Of a stretch of 64,000 bases of DNA, positions 9,771-19,212 are shown piece by piece. Source of the DNA: Nitrospirota bacterium (lineage in GTDB: Bacteria; Nitrospirota; UBA9217); assembly GCA_963790205.1 (NCBI GenBank), contig CAWBNQ010000001.1, positions 288,001 to 352,000 on the forward strand, given 5' to 3'. The first letter of the stretch is position 1, and each line of letters begins with the position of its first letter. A program made the position numbers and the translations under genes. The notes beneath the pieces were generated by a model, which was not told the origin of the DNA, did not search any database, and was given only the letters and a program-made list of their open reading frames with translations.

Positions 9771-11846
9771 TCACGAGTATGGAGACACGAAGCAGGTGCC
9801 TAACCCCTTCGACGCCTGTTCCTTATGCACTGCTTTCTGCAGTTCTTGCCCGCTGGATTCAAGCAGGCTGGAAACGGACATTTGCTCCCAATTACCGACA
9901 TGCATAAGCCTGACCACTCTGTTGGCAATGCTCTTTTTCTCATCCGGCGTGATAACCACGCAGGATATGCTTTTGCGGCAATATCCGGAATAGCTGCAGC
10001 CGGTATTATGACACTTGTCATTATCGACGGTTATGCTTTTGGACAAATTCCTCGGCCGGTCGACATTGCAGCCTTTAATCACTGCGACATGATAGGCAAG
10101 GAGCTGCAGCGGTACAACGGTGACAAAAGGAACGAGCGCGGGATGTGTCGAGGGCACCACGATCATGTCGTCCGCCGTGTCGCGGAAGGAGGCGGGTGAA
10201 TCCGTGACCACAATGATCCTTCCTCCCCTCGCTTTCACCTCCGCGATGTTCGACAGCATCTTTTCGTGCAGGCCGTCGATCGTTGCCAAGAAAACGACGG
10301 GGACCCCCTCCTCGATCAGCGCGATGGGGCCATGTTTCATTTCTCCCCCCGGATATCCATCAGCGTGAATGTAGGCGAGCTCCTTCATCTTGAGCGCGCC
10401 TTCGAGCGCAATGGGGTAGTTGATCCCCCGGCCGACGTACAGCATGCTCTTCGCGCCCGCCAGGGTCTTTGCGATCTCCTTGACCTTTCCATCGGTTTGG
10501 AGCGCCTGTCGAATGAGCCTCGGCAGATCGAGCAGGAATGGTTTGAGCGTCTGGATCTCGAGGTCGCTGAGCCTGCCTTTCCTGGCGCCCAGGGCAATAC
10601 CCAGGAGGCTCAGGGCGGCAAGCTGAGCGGTAAAGGCCTTGGTGGATACCACGCCGATCTCCAGCCCCGCGCGCGTGTAGAAGACCGAATCAGCCTCGCG
10701 CGTGGTCGTGCTGCCGACGACATTGCAGATCGTCAAGGTCCTCGCTCCTTTTTCCTTTGCTACGCGTTGAGCTGCGAGGGTATCGGCTGTTTCTCCTGAC
10801 TGCGTAATGGTGATGAGCACCGTTCCTTTCGGGACGACCGGGCACAGGTCCCGGAACTCCGAGGCGATGTCCACGGCCACGGGGATGCGCACGAACTTCT
10901 CGATCATATACCGGCCGACGAGACCCGCATGGTACGACGTCCCGCAGGCCGCGATATGGAGCCGGCGGAGGTCCTTGATGGCGCCCTCGAAGCCCATCTC
11001 ATCCATGAGCCTGTTCGTGTCGTCGGTCCACTCCCGCAGGGTATCCATGACGCCCTGGGGTTGCTCGTATATCTCCTTGAGCATGAAATGATCGTATCCC
11101 TGCTTCTCAGCCATTGCAGGCGTCCAGTTATTCGTTACGATTTTTCCTTCAAGCCGCAGGGGCTCCAGAGATTCGACCTGCTTCAGCTCGACCCCGCCGC
11201 TCCTGAGGAGGGCCATGTGCCGGTCTTCGAGATAGATGAAGTTCTTCGTATAGGGGAGGAGCGCGGCAACGTCGGATGCGATGTACTGTGCATCCGCGCC
11301 AATTCCAATGACGAGCGGGCTGCCGCTGCAGACCGCGAACAGCGTATCCGGCGTGCCTTCGTGCATGATCCCCAGAGCATAAACCCCGCGAAGGTGCGCG
11401 ATCGCCTGTCGGATCGCCTCATCGATAGGGAGACCGCGGTCAAGGTAGCCGGCGATGAGCTGAGGCACTACCTCCGTGTCCGTCTGGGATGTGAAAACAT
11501 GTCCTGCTGCCGTCAATTCGGTCCTCAACTCGCGGTAATTTGCAATGATGCCATTGTGCACCACGGAGACGCCTTTCACGGTGTGCGGATGGGCATTGGC
11601 TGTGGACGGCGCCCCATGGGTGGCCCATCGCGTGTGGCCGATACCGATCGTAATGGCCGGCAACGGGGTCGGCAGCATCTTCTGAAGGTCCTGCAGCTTG
11701 CCTGGAGTCTTGTAAACCTCGATTCCCGATCCGTTCTTAAATGCAATTCCCGACGAATCGTAACCACGGTACTCCAAACGGGTAAGGCCATCAAAGAGAA
11801 TCTGCAAAGAATCCTTTTCCCCAACATATCCGACGATTCCGCACAT
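9771..11846 (-). CDS. glmS: Glutamine-fructose-6-phosphate transaminase with C-terminal extension
   Basis: MCGIVG, LEYRGYDS, GHTRWATHG, SQSGETADT-like, EMKHGP, PRNLSKSITV followed by ~80 extra aa. Confidence 0.92.
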   Translation of the reverse strand: MCGIVGYVGEKDSLQILFDGLTRLEYRGYDSSGIAFKNGSGIEVYKTPGKLQDLQKMLPTPLPAITIGIGHTRWATHGAPSTANAHPHTVKGVSVVHNGIIANYRELRTELTAAGHVFTSQTDTEVVPQLIAGYLDRGLPIDEAIRQAIAHLRGVYALGIMHEGTPDTLFAVCSGSPLVIGIGADAQYIASDVAALLPYTKNFIYLEDRHMALLRSGGVELKQVESLEPLRLEGKIVTNNWTPAMAEKQGYDHFMLKEIYEQPQGVMDTLREWTDDTNRLMDEMGFEGAIKDLRRLHIAACGTSYHAGLVGRYMIEKFVRIPVAVDIASEFRDLCPVVPKGTVLITITQSGETADTLAAQRVAKEKGARTLTICNVVGSTTTREADSVFYTRAGLEIGVVSTKAFTAQLAALSLLGIALGARKGRLSDLEIQTLKPFLLDLPRLIRQALQTDGKVKEIAKTLAGAKSMLYVGRGINYPIALEGALKMKELAYIHADGYPGGEMKHGPIALIEEGVPVVFLATIDGLHEKMLSNIAEVKARGGRIIVVTDSPASFRDTADDMIVVPSTHPALVPFVTVVPLQLLAYHVAVIKGCNVDRPRNLSKSITVDNDKCHNTGCSYSGYCRKSISCVVITPDEKKSIANRVVRLMHVGNWEQMSVSSLLESSGQELQKAVHKEQASKGLGTCFVSPYS

Positions 11847-11930
11847 GATTTCTCCCTCGAATTGCCAGTTCTCATAACGTTAGCGTCGACAACGGCATTG
11901 CTATCCTGAATATGACCTGTACCAGATTAA

Positions 11931-11947
11931 AGCAAGAAGGATGCCGA
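11931..11947 (-). promoter_or_regulatory. Putative sigma54 (-24/-12) promoter for glmS
   Basis: Minus strand reads CGGCAT-CCTTC-TTGCT (GG-N10-GC). Confidence 0.55.
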
Positions 11948-12199
11948 ATTGACAACGGCCGAGGTCAAAGGGCGATAAAATTCCTTAAAACCTTTATTTC
12001 ATTTATTTTTAATAAGTTATCAGCTTGTCATCATTATCATGAGAACATACTAGAAGAGCGAAGGAAATACACCTTTGACCTCTCATTTCTCATTTCGCGG
12101 AGAATGGCACGTAAGGAATCATCAGTTTTTGCAATGAGTGAATTCAAAGTATGCAAAAAAAATCAGGATTTTAATTAATTTTTAAATACACTATTGTGA

Positions 12200-12257
12200 T
12201 GTATCCAAGTGATACAATATATGGCTTTACTTATAAAATGTGTATCCAATATATACA
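12200..12257. promoter_or_regulatory. Paired palindromic operator/UAS sites
   Basis: TGTATC-caagt-GATACA (12200-12216) and TGTATC-caata-TATACA (12241-12257), 41 bp apart in an AT-rich region. Confidence 0.5.
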
Positions 12258-12482
12258 ATAAAATAAAAGATCAACACTGGTGAACGAAAATAGCCAGGAC
12301 CGATTCAATTTTTCTAAAGATGTGGGAGGGCCAGCCACTGCTGGCCTTCCCACTACTCTACCTATATCTATTCTCGTATATATTATATTTATATTATATT
12401 CTCGCGACCTTCATGTCCTCCCGTTGTTCTCCCAAACCTGTCCCGGACAAGCCGGAACCAAAAATCTTGGAACCGCCAAGAA

Positions 12483-12632
12483 ACATCTCAGGGTCCCCAT
12501 TTAAAGGGTACGGTCGAGCGAGATGAATCAGTTCTAAATTTATAGTTCTTAGTTCAATCCAAATAATCTTTCTCGCAGAGCCTTTTCGTCATCCTCATCA
12601 TTACCCTTGCCGCAGTATCGTTCCGTTCGGTG
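12483..12632 (+). repeat. Co-oriented intergenic repeat, copy A
   Basis: ACATCTCAGGGTCCCCATTTAAAGGG...GAGCCTTTTCG...TTGCCGCAGT, shared with copies B-E. Confidence 0.7.
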
Positions 12633-12916
12633 CATGTTCCTCGACCAGTTCAGGACAAGCTTTCCTTGCAGATGCGCTGCGGACAATAACGTTACGAATC
12701 GTAGCGCATGCGTTCTGTCATGTGCGGATGCATCAGCTCTGCGACATTGTGTTGCCTTGACACATGAGCCGGGTACCTCTATTATTTAAGTAGGAGTATT
12801 TGGAGAAGGGCAATTCTGTTTTATGCCCGGGAGGGGTTTACTGAAAAAAAGACCATCTTGTTCATAGCTCCATGCAGGCCGGTTCCGGGACAACATGCTC
12901 GCGCAGGAGGTGCCTC

Positions 12917-13591
12917 ATGAGAAAACCAAGAGTCATTATCTTCTATGACGGGGCGGAGACGAAAAAAGCATTGAAGCGGTTCTTCGATGCCAGGGGCTAT
13001 GAAAGGACGGTTGTTGCGCAATCTGAGTTCTGCCCTTTCTACGCGTCACCCGGCACCGGCGGCCGCGTTTGCTGCGACATCGTCGTTGTGGTGGAAAAGG
13101 GGCAGCGCAAGAACGCCGATGAGATCCTCATTTCACAGACCTATCATGACTGTAGACTGAAACCCTCCAATAGAGCGATCATCTCGGATGTGCCCGGCGC
13201 CGGCCAGAGGGATGTTGTTAAGGCGATGGGAGCCGTGGTCTTTCGCAATCCCCTGGATATCGGCGAATTCGAGGCTTGGGTCCAGAGCTGCCGGACGCTG
13301 ATGGATCTTTCCATACCGCTCGTGATCAGGCGCAAAGTACTGCGCCGGACCTGTCCCGCTGACATGAAGATCCACTATCGTGTTCTGAAGAGGGGTGAAG
13401 TTCTCCAGGCCCGTGCGCTGAACGAGAGCTCCTGCGGCATCTGTATCAAGACGCGGCACACGTTGAAACCCCGGCAGGTGATCCACCTGTGGTCGGAGGA
13501 GCCCCCGCTCTCTGAAGACGCCGAGGTACGTTGGATACAGAAGGTCGAGGACGGAACGCACCTCATCGGTCTTACGTTCTGCGTTGCCTGA
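12917..13591 (+). CDS. PilZ domain protein with degenerate N-terminal receiver-like domain
   Basis: RRKVLR and NESSCGICI (PilZ RxxxR / DxSxxG-like), EVRW; AGGAGG SD. Confidence 0.75.
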   Translation: MRKPRVIIFYDGAETKKALKRFFDARGYERTVVAQSEFCPFYASPGTGGRVCCDIVVVVEKGQRKNADEILISQTYHDCRLKPSNRAIISDVPGAGQRDVVKAMGAVVFRNPLDIGEFEAWVQSCRTLMDLSIPLVIRRKVLRRTCPADMKIHYRVLKRGEVLQARALNESSCGICIKTRHTLKPRQVIHLWSEEPPLSEDAEVRWIQKVEDGTHLIGLTFCVA

Positions 13592-13607
13592 GAACATCAA
13601 GGGAAGA

Positions 13608-13755
13608 AATCTCGTAGGGTCACCCATTTGAAAGCTCCCTGTCAAGTGCAAAAGCCCACTCCATGGCGAGAAAATGAAATTTTCGCGTCGATGTTTAGGC
13701 AGTTATCGATTTCTTTACCGTTAGTATTCGTTTTTAAAATACAGTTATGTGCTTC
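13608..13755 (+). repeat. Co-oriented intergenic repeat, copy B (diverged)
   Basis: AGGGTCACCCATTTGAAA...GGCGAGAAA...; tail TTTTAAAATACAGT.ATGT shared with copy C. Confidence 0.6.
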
Positions 13756-13906
13756 TCAAGAGCAGGGCATGGGCACTGAAGAACCCTGTCGCGGCAAATA
13801 GTCTTTGCGCTGCGCAGATCGTCCTTGACGAATAGGTCCCCTGGCAGTATTATCCTCCTGTCCATAATGACAGCCTGGCTGCATGAACCGTTGTGCCGAG
13901 GATAAC

Positions 13907-14341
13907 ATGGGAAATGACCTGAACGATGGGAAGTTAAGAAGCACGCGTTTGCGAAGGTGGCTATACGTGTCCAGCGCCGTTATCCTGCTGGCCGGTATCG
14001 CAAGCGCCGTCCTGATTTACGTGGCGGCCATGAATGATTCAGCAGGAGATTCGGGTTACGAAATCGTCGGCGGGTTCGTGTACCCGGGCGGGGGAGGGTA
14101 TACCAAGAGCTACGTCCATGATTTGCAGCTTTACGGCGGGAACGCGGCAATGCTTGCGGATCAGTTCATGCGCTGGTTTGCCGGGCTGTGGCGCGGGACA
14201 ACGCTCGCATACACCGTGGCCTGCATCGCCCTCCTGCTGTCGTTCGTTGTTTTCGTCATCGCCAATAACGTGCCGATCCGCTCAAAAGCCGACGTCCGTT
14301 GTGAGGACGACCCTGACAAAAGCGAGTCAATTCCGGAGTGA
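13907..14341 (+). CDS. Hypothetical two-TM membrane protein
   Basis: Two hydrophobic segments; YVHDLQLYGGNA motif. Confidence 0.65.
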   Translation: MGNDLNDGKLRSTRLRRWLYVSSAVILLAGIASAVLIYVAAMNDSAGDSGYEIVGGFVYPGGGGYTKSYVHDLQLYGGNAAMLADQFMRWFAGLWRGTTLAYTVACIALLLSFVVFVIANNVPIRSKADVRCEDDPDKSESIPE

Positions 14342-14559
14342 GCGCATTCCCCGCGGGTCCTGTAAACCTGCAAACGGCCTTGCCGCAGATTAATGCGGAT
14401 AAGAGCCGGATAAAATCGGATTTTTTCCGGAAAGCGGTTCACCCCCGGATGATGGGCTGTAACGAATATTGGCTCTCTTTTCATCCGCTTTTATCATAAT
14501 GTTAAATCCGATTCTTCCGTGTCTAAATGCTCTTTTTGGTGCAAACGGACCTTCACTGG

Positions 14560-14594
14560 AAAAGGGGACCTGAAATGATCAGGTCCCCTTTTTT
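14560..14594. terminator. Bidirectional intrinsic terminator
   Basis: AAAAGGGGACCTGA-aatga-TCAGGTCCCCTTTTTT between convergent genes. Confidence 0.8.
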
Positions 14595-14629
14595 CATCAA
14601 AACCGGTCGCCAGCGAGCGGTGCTTTTTT

Positions 14630-15814
14630 TCAGTAACCCAAGGCAGCTCCTGCCCCGGGTATAACCTCCCCCATCGCCGGTGCGGACCCGGCGCTTATCG
14701 ATCCGAACAGGTTCAGCCCTTTTCGCGAGCCGGCGGTAAAGTAAAGCGTTGTCGTCGGGCCGGCCAGGCCTCCGTTGCCGAAGCCCAGGCCGTGGAGACC
14801 CGGGACCGCGATCGGCTCGCTCCCGCCGTCCTTCAGAAGGCCCAGGTAGGAACCGGACGCGGCATCGAACGCCGCGATCTCTCCGCTTCCCGAATTGGCG
14901 ACGAGCAGCGTGCCGCTGTACTTTCCAAACCCCGCCCGAGGCGCCATCGCGATTCCCCAGGGCGCGTCGAACCAGGGACCGCGTTCGAGCCGCATGAGGA
15001 GTCCGCCGTTTGCGTCAAAGACATCGACATATCCCAGGCCGCGGCCTGATACCGCCGTCCGTCCGTCCGATCCGACCATCGCAAAAGTGATCCAGATCTC
15101 GCCATTAATGTTCTGCACATTATAGGGAGCAAATCCGTACGGAAGGTCCGGGTCGCTAAAAGCCCCGGCCTCGAGGGTAAGAGGACCGAAGTCCGGTCCG
15201 AAAGCGTCAACTCTTCCCTGGCCGAAGTTCGCAACGTAAAGAACGTCCCGGCCGTCCGTCGATGCGAGGGCCGCTCCGGTATAGACCGCCTCCGGCGAGT
15301 TGTCCTGGACCACGACGGCTTCGTAGCGGTCCTGCTCGCTGTTCCATCCCGCGATGCTGCCGTCCCGGGTCACGAAGATGAACCGGCTCGGCACGGCAGG
15401 GGCAAGCTCGAAATCCTCGGCGCCGTTATACACGATGCCCGTTGGCGTCGAATAATCATTGACGCCGCCCGGTGTCACCGGAATAGTCACCACGAGCGGG
15501 TCGAGGCCGGGAAAGGTCCCTCCGTCTTCGCTGTATACGGTTGCTCTTCCCTTGCCCTCATCAGCCACCCACCAAGGGCCCCCTTCGGTATCGGCCGCCA
15601 TTCCCCAGCAGTTGACAAGAGAGGAATCCGAGCTTCCTGCGGCCGGGCCCATGACGTTGGAGACGAGGTTTGTCAACGTGTATCGCTCTCCCGCTTCCTT
15701 TGCCCGGGCCTGCGACGCAAACAGGATACAGAGGACCGCGACCAGCACCCGAAAAATAACAGCCGCTGCGCCTGTCTTGACGCTGCTCGATATTCCTATA
15801 AAGTAATACTTCAT
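14630..15814 (-). CDS. TIGR03118 family secreted beta-propeller protein
   Basis: TNLVS, LVNCWG, PTGIVYN, FAPYNVQ, APWGIA and LYFTAG motifs. Confidence 0.85.
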   Translation of the reverse strand: MKYYFIGISSSVKTGAAAVIFRVLVAVLCILFASQARAKEAGERYTLTNLVSNVMGPAAGSSDSSLVNCWGMAADTEGGPWWVADEGKGRATVYSEDGGTFPGLDPLVVTIPVTPGGVNDYSTPTGIVYNGAEDFELAPAVPSRFIFVTRDGSIAGWNSEQDRYEAVVVQDNSPEAVYTGAALASTDGRDVLYVANFGQGRVDAFGPDFGPLTLEAGAFSDPDLPYGFAPYNVQNINGEIWITFAMVGSDGRTAVSGRGLGYVDVFDANGGLLMRLERGPWFDAPWGIAMAPRAGFGKYSGTLLVANSGSGEIAAFDAASGSYLGLLKDGGSEPIAVPGLHGLGFGNGGLAGPTTTLYFTAGSRKGLNLFGSISAGSAPAMGEVIPGAGAALGY

Positions 15815-15944
15815 GCTCACAACGTCGCCTCTCGCAAACGATCGGATCCATGTTCTCTCTCTGATTATATGATACCTCCCTTTTTTGAACGAATTCAGAG
15901 ATTGTCGGCAGTACGAACAAAGGAGGACCCCCAATCTTCTGCGA

Positions 15945-16146
15945 ACATCTGAGGGTCATCCATTTAAAAGGTACCTGACAAACGAAAAAAGCTATCTTGT
16001 GGCGAGAAACGGAACATTTCTCGCCGAGCCTTTTCGTTATCTTCATCCGTACCATTGCCGCAGTTTCCTTCGGTTTCGGTGTCAGTCTTAACTGCACCAG
16101 TCTTTATTGTTGACATTCGACTTTTAAAATACAGTCATGTACTTTC
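15945..16146 (+). repeat. Co-oriented intergenic repeat, copy C
   Basis: About 6 mismatches to copy E over the ~120-bp core. Confidence 0.8.
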
Positions 16147-16180
16147 CCCATTATAATAAGTATTGGGGTCGCTTCTTAGG

Positions 16181-16309
16181 GGGCTGTTGCCCAAACTATT
16201 TTTTGTCACCCTGAGCAAAGTGAAGGGTCTGCAATCATATTGTAAATGCGAGATTCTTCGCTGCGCTCAGAATGACATTTTGGGCGCAAAGTGATTTGGG
16301 TAACAGCCC
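16181..16309. repeat. MITE-like element
   Basis: Terminal IRs GGGCTGTTGCCCAAA / TTTGGGTAACAGCCC enclosing a TGTCACCCTGAGC...GCTCAGAATGACA hairpin. Confidence 0.65.
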
Positions 16310-16405
16310 GTTAGTGCTTGGCATGACTTCTGGAGTGAGCGCTAGCGAGCGGACACGGTAATGTTCCAACCTTAAGAATCGAGCTCCCGATGTCAAGGGA
16401 AGCTC

Positions 16406-16473
16406 AATGCTGGAGCGAGCGCATTCTCCGCGGATGCCTATCCGAACCTTCATTTGCTGCAGGGAGCTTCAAT
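16406..16473 (+). repeat. ~68-bp dispersed repeat (IS200/IS605-end-like)
   Basis: GAGCGCATT.CCGCGG...GAACCTTCATTTGCTGCAGGGAGCTTCAAT; other copies at 14329, 51101, 51842, 63924(-). Confidence 0.7.
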
Positions 16474-16514
16474 GATCACATGCACAATGTCCAAGTGCAA
16501 AAAGGAGACGCACA

Positions 16515-16640
16515 ATGGGAAACAAGGGCGGCAGGAAGGGCAAGGAAAAGAGCCGGAAGCAGAAAACTGCTCGAGCCGGAGTCATTTCTGCCGGAACAAA
16601 AGGAGAAGCTCAAGAACAGCCGGGTAGACTTCTCGCTTAA
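16515..16640 (+). CDS. Small Lys-rich peptide (41 aa)
   Basis: AAGGAG SD, MGNKGGRKGKEKSRKQK...; below the ORF-track cutoff. Confidence 0.35.
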   Translation: MGNKGGRKGKEKSRKQKTARAGVISAGTKGEAQEQPGRLLA

Positions 16641-16650
16641 ATAACAGAGA

Positions 16651-16855
16651 ACCATGAGGTCTCCCATTTAATCGTCACTCTGGGTTGAATTCCCCGCCGC
16701 TTGCGGCGTAATGGGTTTTGATACGGTTCTTAATACCTCGCTGCTTGCGGCGAGGAAGTTTATTGGGCACCGTCAGGCAAAATGAATCAGTTCTTGATTT
16801 ATAGTTTTTAGTTCACTCCAGCCAATCTTTCCAACCGAGCCCTTCCGGTATCCTT
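16651..16855 (+). repeat. Co-oriented intergenic repeat, copy D, with ~95-bp nested insert
   Basis: CCCATTTAA [insert 16672-16764] GGGCACCGTCA...ATGAATCAGTTCT, matching copy A. Confidence 0.65.
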
Positions 16856-17178
16856 GAACCTCCTAAATCAGATCTTTGATATTTGACTTTTCTCTTTTCC
16901 TTGTGGGTAAGGTAAAGCCTTCTTCCCGTCTTCATCTCCTTCTTTGCAATTGAGCGCGTTGCGCCCTTGATGCCAACCTCTTCTGATGAAAAGATATCGC
17001 TGTCTGAAGTAATATCAATTCAACAAGTGTATGCACTTTACAATTACGTCAAACTACGGCGACCTGAAAAAAGACTTGCAATGTGCGAGCACGTGTGATA
17101 CCATTATTTATGGTATGTGCTAATTTAACTAGTCTAGACGCTTTCCTCCGGCTTTGCGTTTCTGAAAGGAGGCTTGCA

Positions 17179-18057
17179 ATGAAGAGGATCATCAATACGC
17201 TTCTGGCTATAGCGGCAGTCCCGGCCGTGCTTACCGGCTGCGCGGGCGGGGCCATGGTGAAGAAGGACGATCTCGCCGAGACCGGCAGGATCGCCATTGT
17301 GAGCGTTGTTATGCCCCGCATAGCGGACACCGCCCGGGAGAGCAACCGGGCCGCGCTCCAGGCCTTGGTGGAGCGGGCGCTTGTACGCGCCCAGGCCGAC
17401 CTGAAGTCCGTGCGCAGCTGGACGGTCGTCGATCCGGCCGGCTACAAAGGCTCGCAGGCGGTCATGTCCTTCGGCGCGGTTTCCGACGAAGAGCTCGCAG
17501 CCCTGTTCCCGTCGGGCGAAAAGCGCAAGACGGCCAGGGGGACGATCGCGCGGGAAGTATCGCAGTGGAAAGAGACCTTCATCGGCGCGAAAGCCCTGCC
17601 GATCGTTCCGCATTCGGGACTGGTGCCGAACAGGAGTGAGAAAACGGATCCCGCAATGATCCCGCCCATCATGCAGAAGCATGCGACCAGGCTGTGCAGC
17701 GAGCTGAACGTCGATGCCGTTGCCTTCGTTCACGTTCTGGCGAGCATCACCCATCCGAGGCCCAAAACCTTCATCGTGAGCGGCAACCGGACCGACGGCA
17801 CCCTTCATGTGGCGCAGACCATGGTGATCGTGGACAAGACGGGCCGGATCATCGTTGATATGGGATGGCCGGCACTCGATGAACATGCCAGGACCAGGGA
17901 CCTGCTCCCCCTGTACGCCGGCTCGGGGCAGGACGCGGTAAAACAGGAAAACATCGATCTGGGCGATCCCAGGAACAAGATCATGCAGGCGTTTTTCCTG
18001 TTGATCGATGAAACGGCCGCGGACATGGTCAAAGGCCTCAAAAAGGCCGCCAACTAG
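17179..18057 (+). CDS. Hypothetical lipoprotein
   Basis: AGGAGG SD; lipobox LTG-C. Confidence 0.8.
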   Translation: MKRIINTLLAIAAVPAVLTGCAGGAMVKKDDLAETGRIAIVSVVMPRIADTARESNRAALQALVERALVRAQADLKSVRSWTVVDPAGYKGSQAVMSFGAVSDEELAALFPSGEKRKTARGTIAREVSQWKETFIGAKALPIVPHSGLVPNRSEKTDPAMIPPIMQKHATRLCSELNVDAVAFVHVLASITHPRPKTFIVSGNRTDGTLHVAQTMVIVDKTGRIIVDMGWPALDEHARTRDLLPLYAGSGQDAVKQENIDLGDPRNKIMQAFFLLIDETAADMVKGLKKAAN

Positions 18058-18194
18058 GCACCGGCTGTTTCGGAGGATGCAAGGGCATAATCCGCAGATT
18101 ACACAGATAGGTCGTAAAAGTAAGAAGTAAGAAGGCATAAAAAAATTTCCTAATTCTCATTTTCTCACTTCTTAGTTGCAGTTTTTGAGGTTCG

Positions 18195-18956
18195 ATGGTG
18201 AAAAAACAAAATTGCATTGCCTTTGTCCTGCTGTTGTTCGTGACGGGGAGCTCCGCCCGGGCCGCCGACGGTCCGCTCATCATCTCCGGTTCGACAACCT
18301 TCCAGAAGCGTATTCTTGAACCCGTGCAGGCCGCGCTCGAGAAAAAGACCGGAACGAAGCTGGAGATCAGAGGCGTGGGAACGATCAAGGGCCTCAAGGA
18401 GCTCATTAAGGGCGAGGCCGCGGTTGCCATGGTTTCCGCCCCGCTGGATATTGCTTTCCGGGAATCCGGAGTGCCCGAGGAGGGGACCTACCGGGAGCAC
18501 GTTATTCTAAAAGACATCATCGTCCCCATCGTCCACCCCAGGAATCCCGTGAGATCCCTCTCCTGGGAGCAGCTCGCCGGCATCCTCAGCGGAAAGATCG
18601 TCAACTGGAATACCGTGGGCGGTCCGGACCAGCACATCGTGGTCGTTGTTCCACCCAGGAGTTCGGGCACGCGGACGTTCCTGCAGGAAACGGTGATGAA
18701 CAGCGGCGATTTTGTCGGAAGCGCTTTCGCGGCCGTGACGACTCGGGAAGAGATCGACATCGTCGCGCAGTCGCCCCTCGTCATCGGCGTGCTCTCGGAA
18801 GGGTTCGTCAAAATGAATCCGGGCAAGGTGAAGGTCGTCAAGATCAAGCCCATTATCAGTCAGCTCAGCATCGTCACCAAAGGAGAACCGTCCCGGGAAC
18901 TCCTGGCTGTCATCAACTTCCTGAAATCCGCAGCAGCAAAAAAATATTTCAAATAA
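18195..18956 (+). CDS. PstS-like substrate-binding (PBP) domain protein
   Basis: ISGSTT, IVHPRNPV, LSGKIVNW..VGG, SSGTR motifs; signal peptide. Confidence 0.85.
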   Translation: MVKKQNCIAFVLLLFVTGSSARAADGPLIISGSTTFQKRILEPVQAALEKKTGTKLEIRGVGTIKGLKELIKGEAAVAMVSAPLDIAFRESGVPEEGTYREHVILKDIIVPIVHPRNPVRSLSWEQLAGILSGKIVNWNTVGGPDQHIVVVVPPRSSGTRTFLQETVMNSGDFVGSAFAAVTTREEIDIVAQSPLVIGVLSEGFVKMNPGKVKVVKIKPIISQLSIVTKGEPSRELLAVINFLKSAAAKKYFK

Positions 18957-19055
18957 GAACGGATCTATAGGGTTACCGGTTCAATTGCTGCAGGGAGCTT
19001 CAACAAGGCCCCTAACTCCTGACGCGAAAATACTGGACCGGCCAGGAAGGCTCAG

Positions 19056-19212
19056 ACATCTTAGAATCACCCATTTAAAGGGCACCGTCAAGCGAAAAAA
19101 GCTATCTTGTGGCGAGAAGCAGAACGTTTCTCGCCGAGCCTTTTCGTTATCTTCATCCGTACCATTGCCGCAGTTTCATTCGGTTTCGGAGTCAGTCTTC
19201 ACTGCACCAGTC
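19056..19212 (+). repeat. Co-oriented intergenic repeat, copy E
   Basis: Near-identical to copy C. Confidence 0.8.

Noticed and set aside
11847..12200. glmS ribozyme
   Set aside because: The leader is short under the predicted promoter and shows no recognisable conserved core.
12600..12760. Transposase C-terminal remnant on the minus strand next to repeat A
   Set aside because: Only vague similarity (AELMH...RMRY, AHLQ) across broken frames; not supportable without a search.
14630..14720. PEP-CTERM sorting signal on the TIGR03118 protein
   Set aside because: No PEP motif, TM segment or basic tail at the C-terminus.
12483..19212. CRISPR array
   Set aside because: Repeats are 150-200 bp, irregularly spaced and separated by genes; there are no cas genes and no 25-45 bp repeat-spacer periodicity anywhere in the window.
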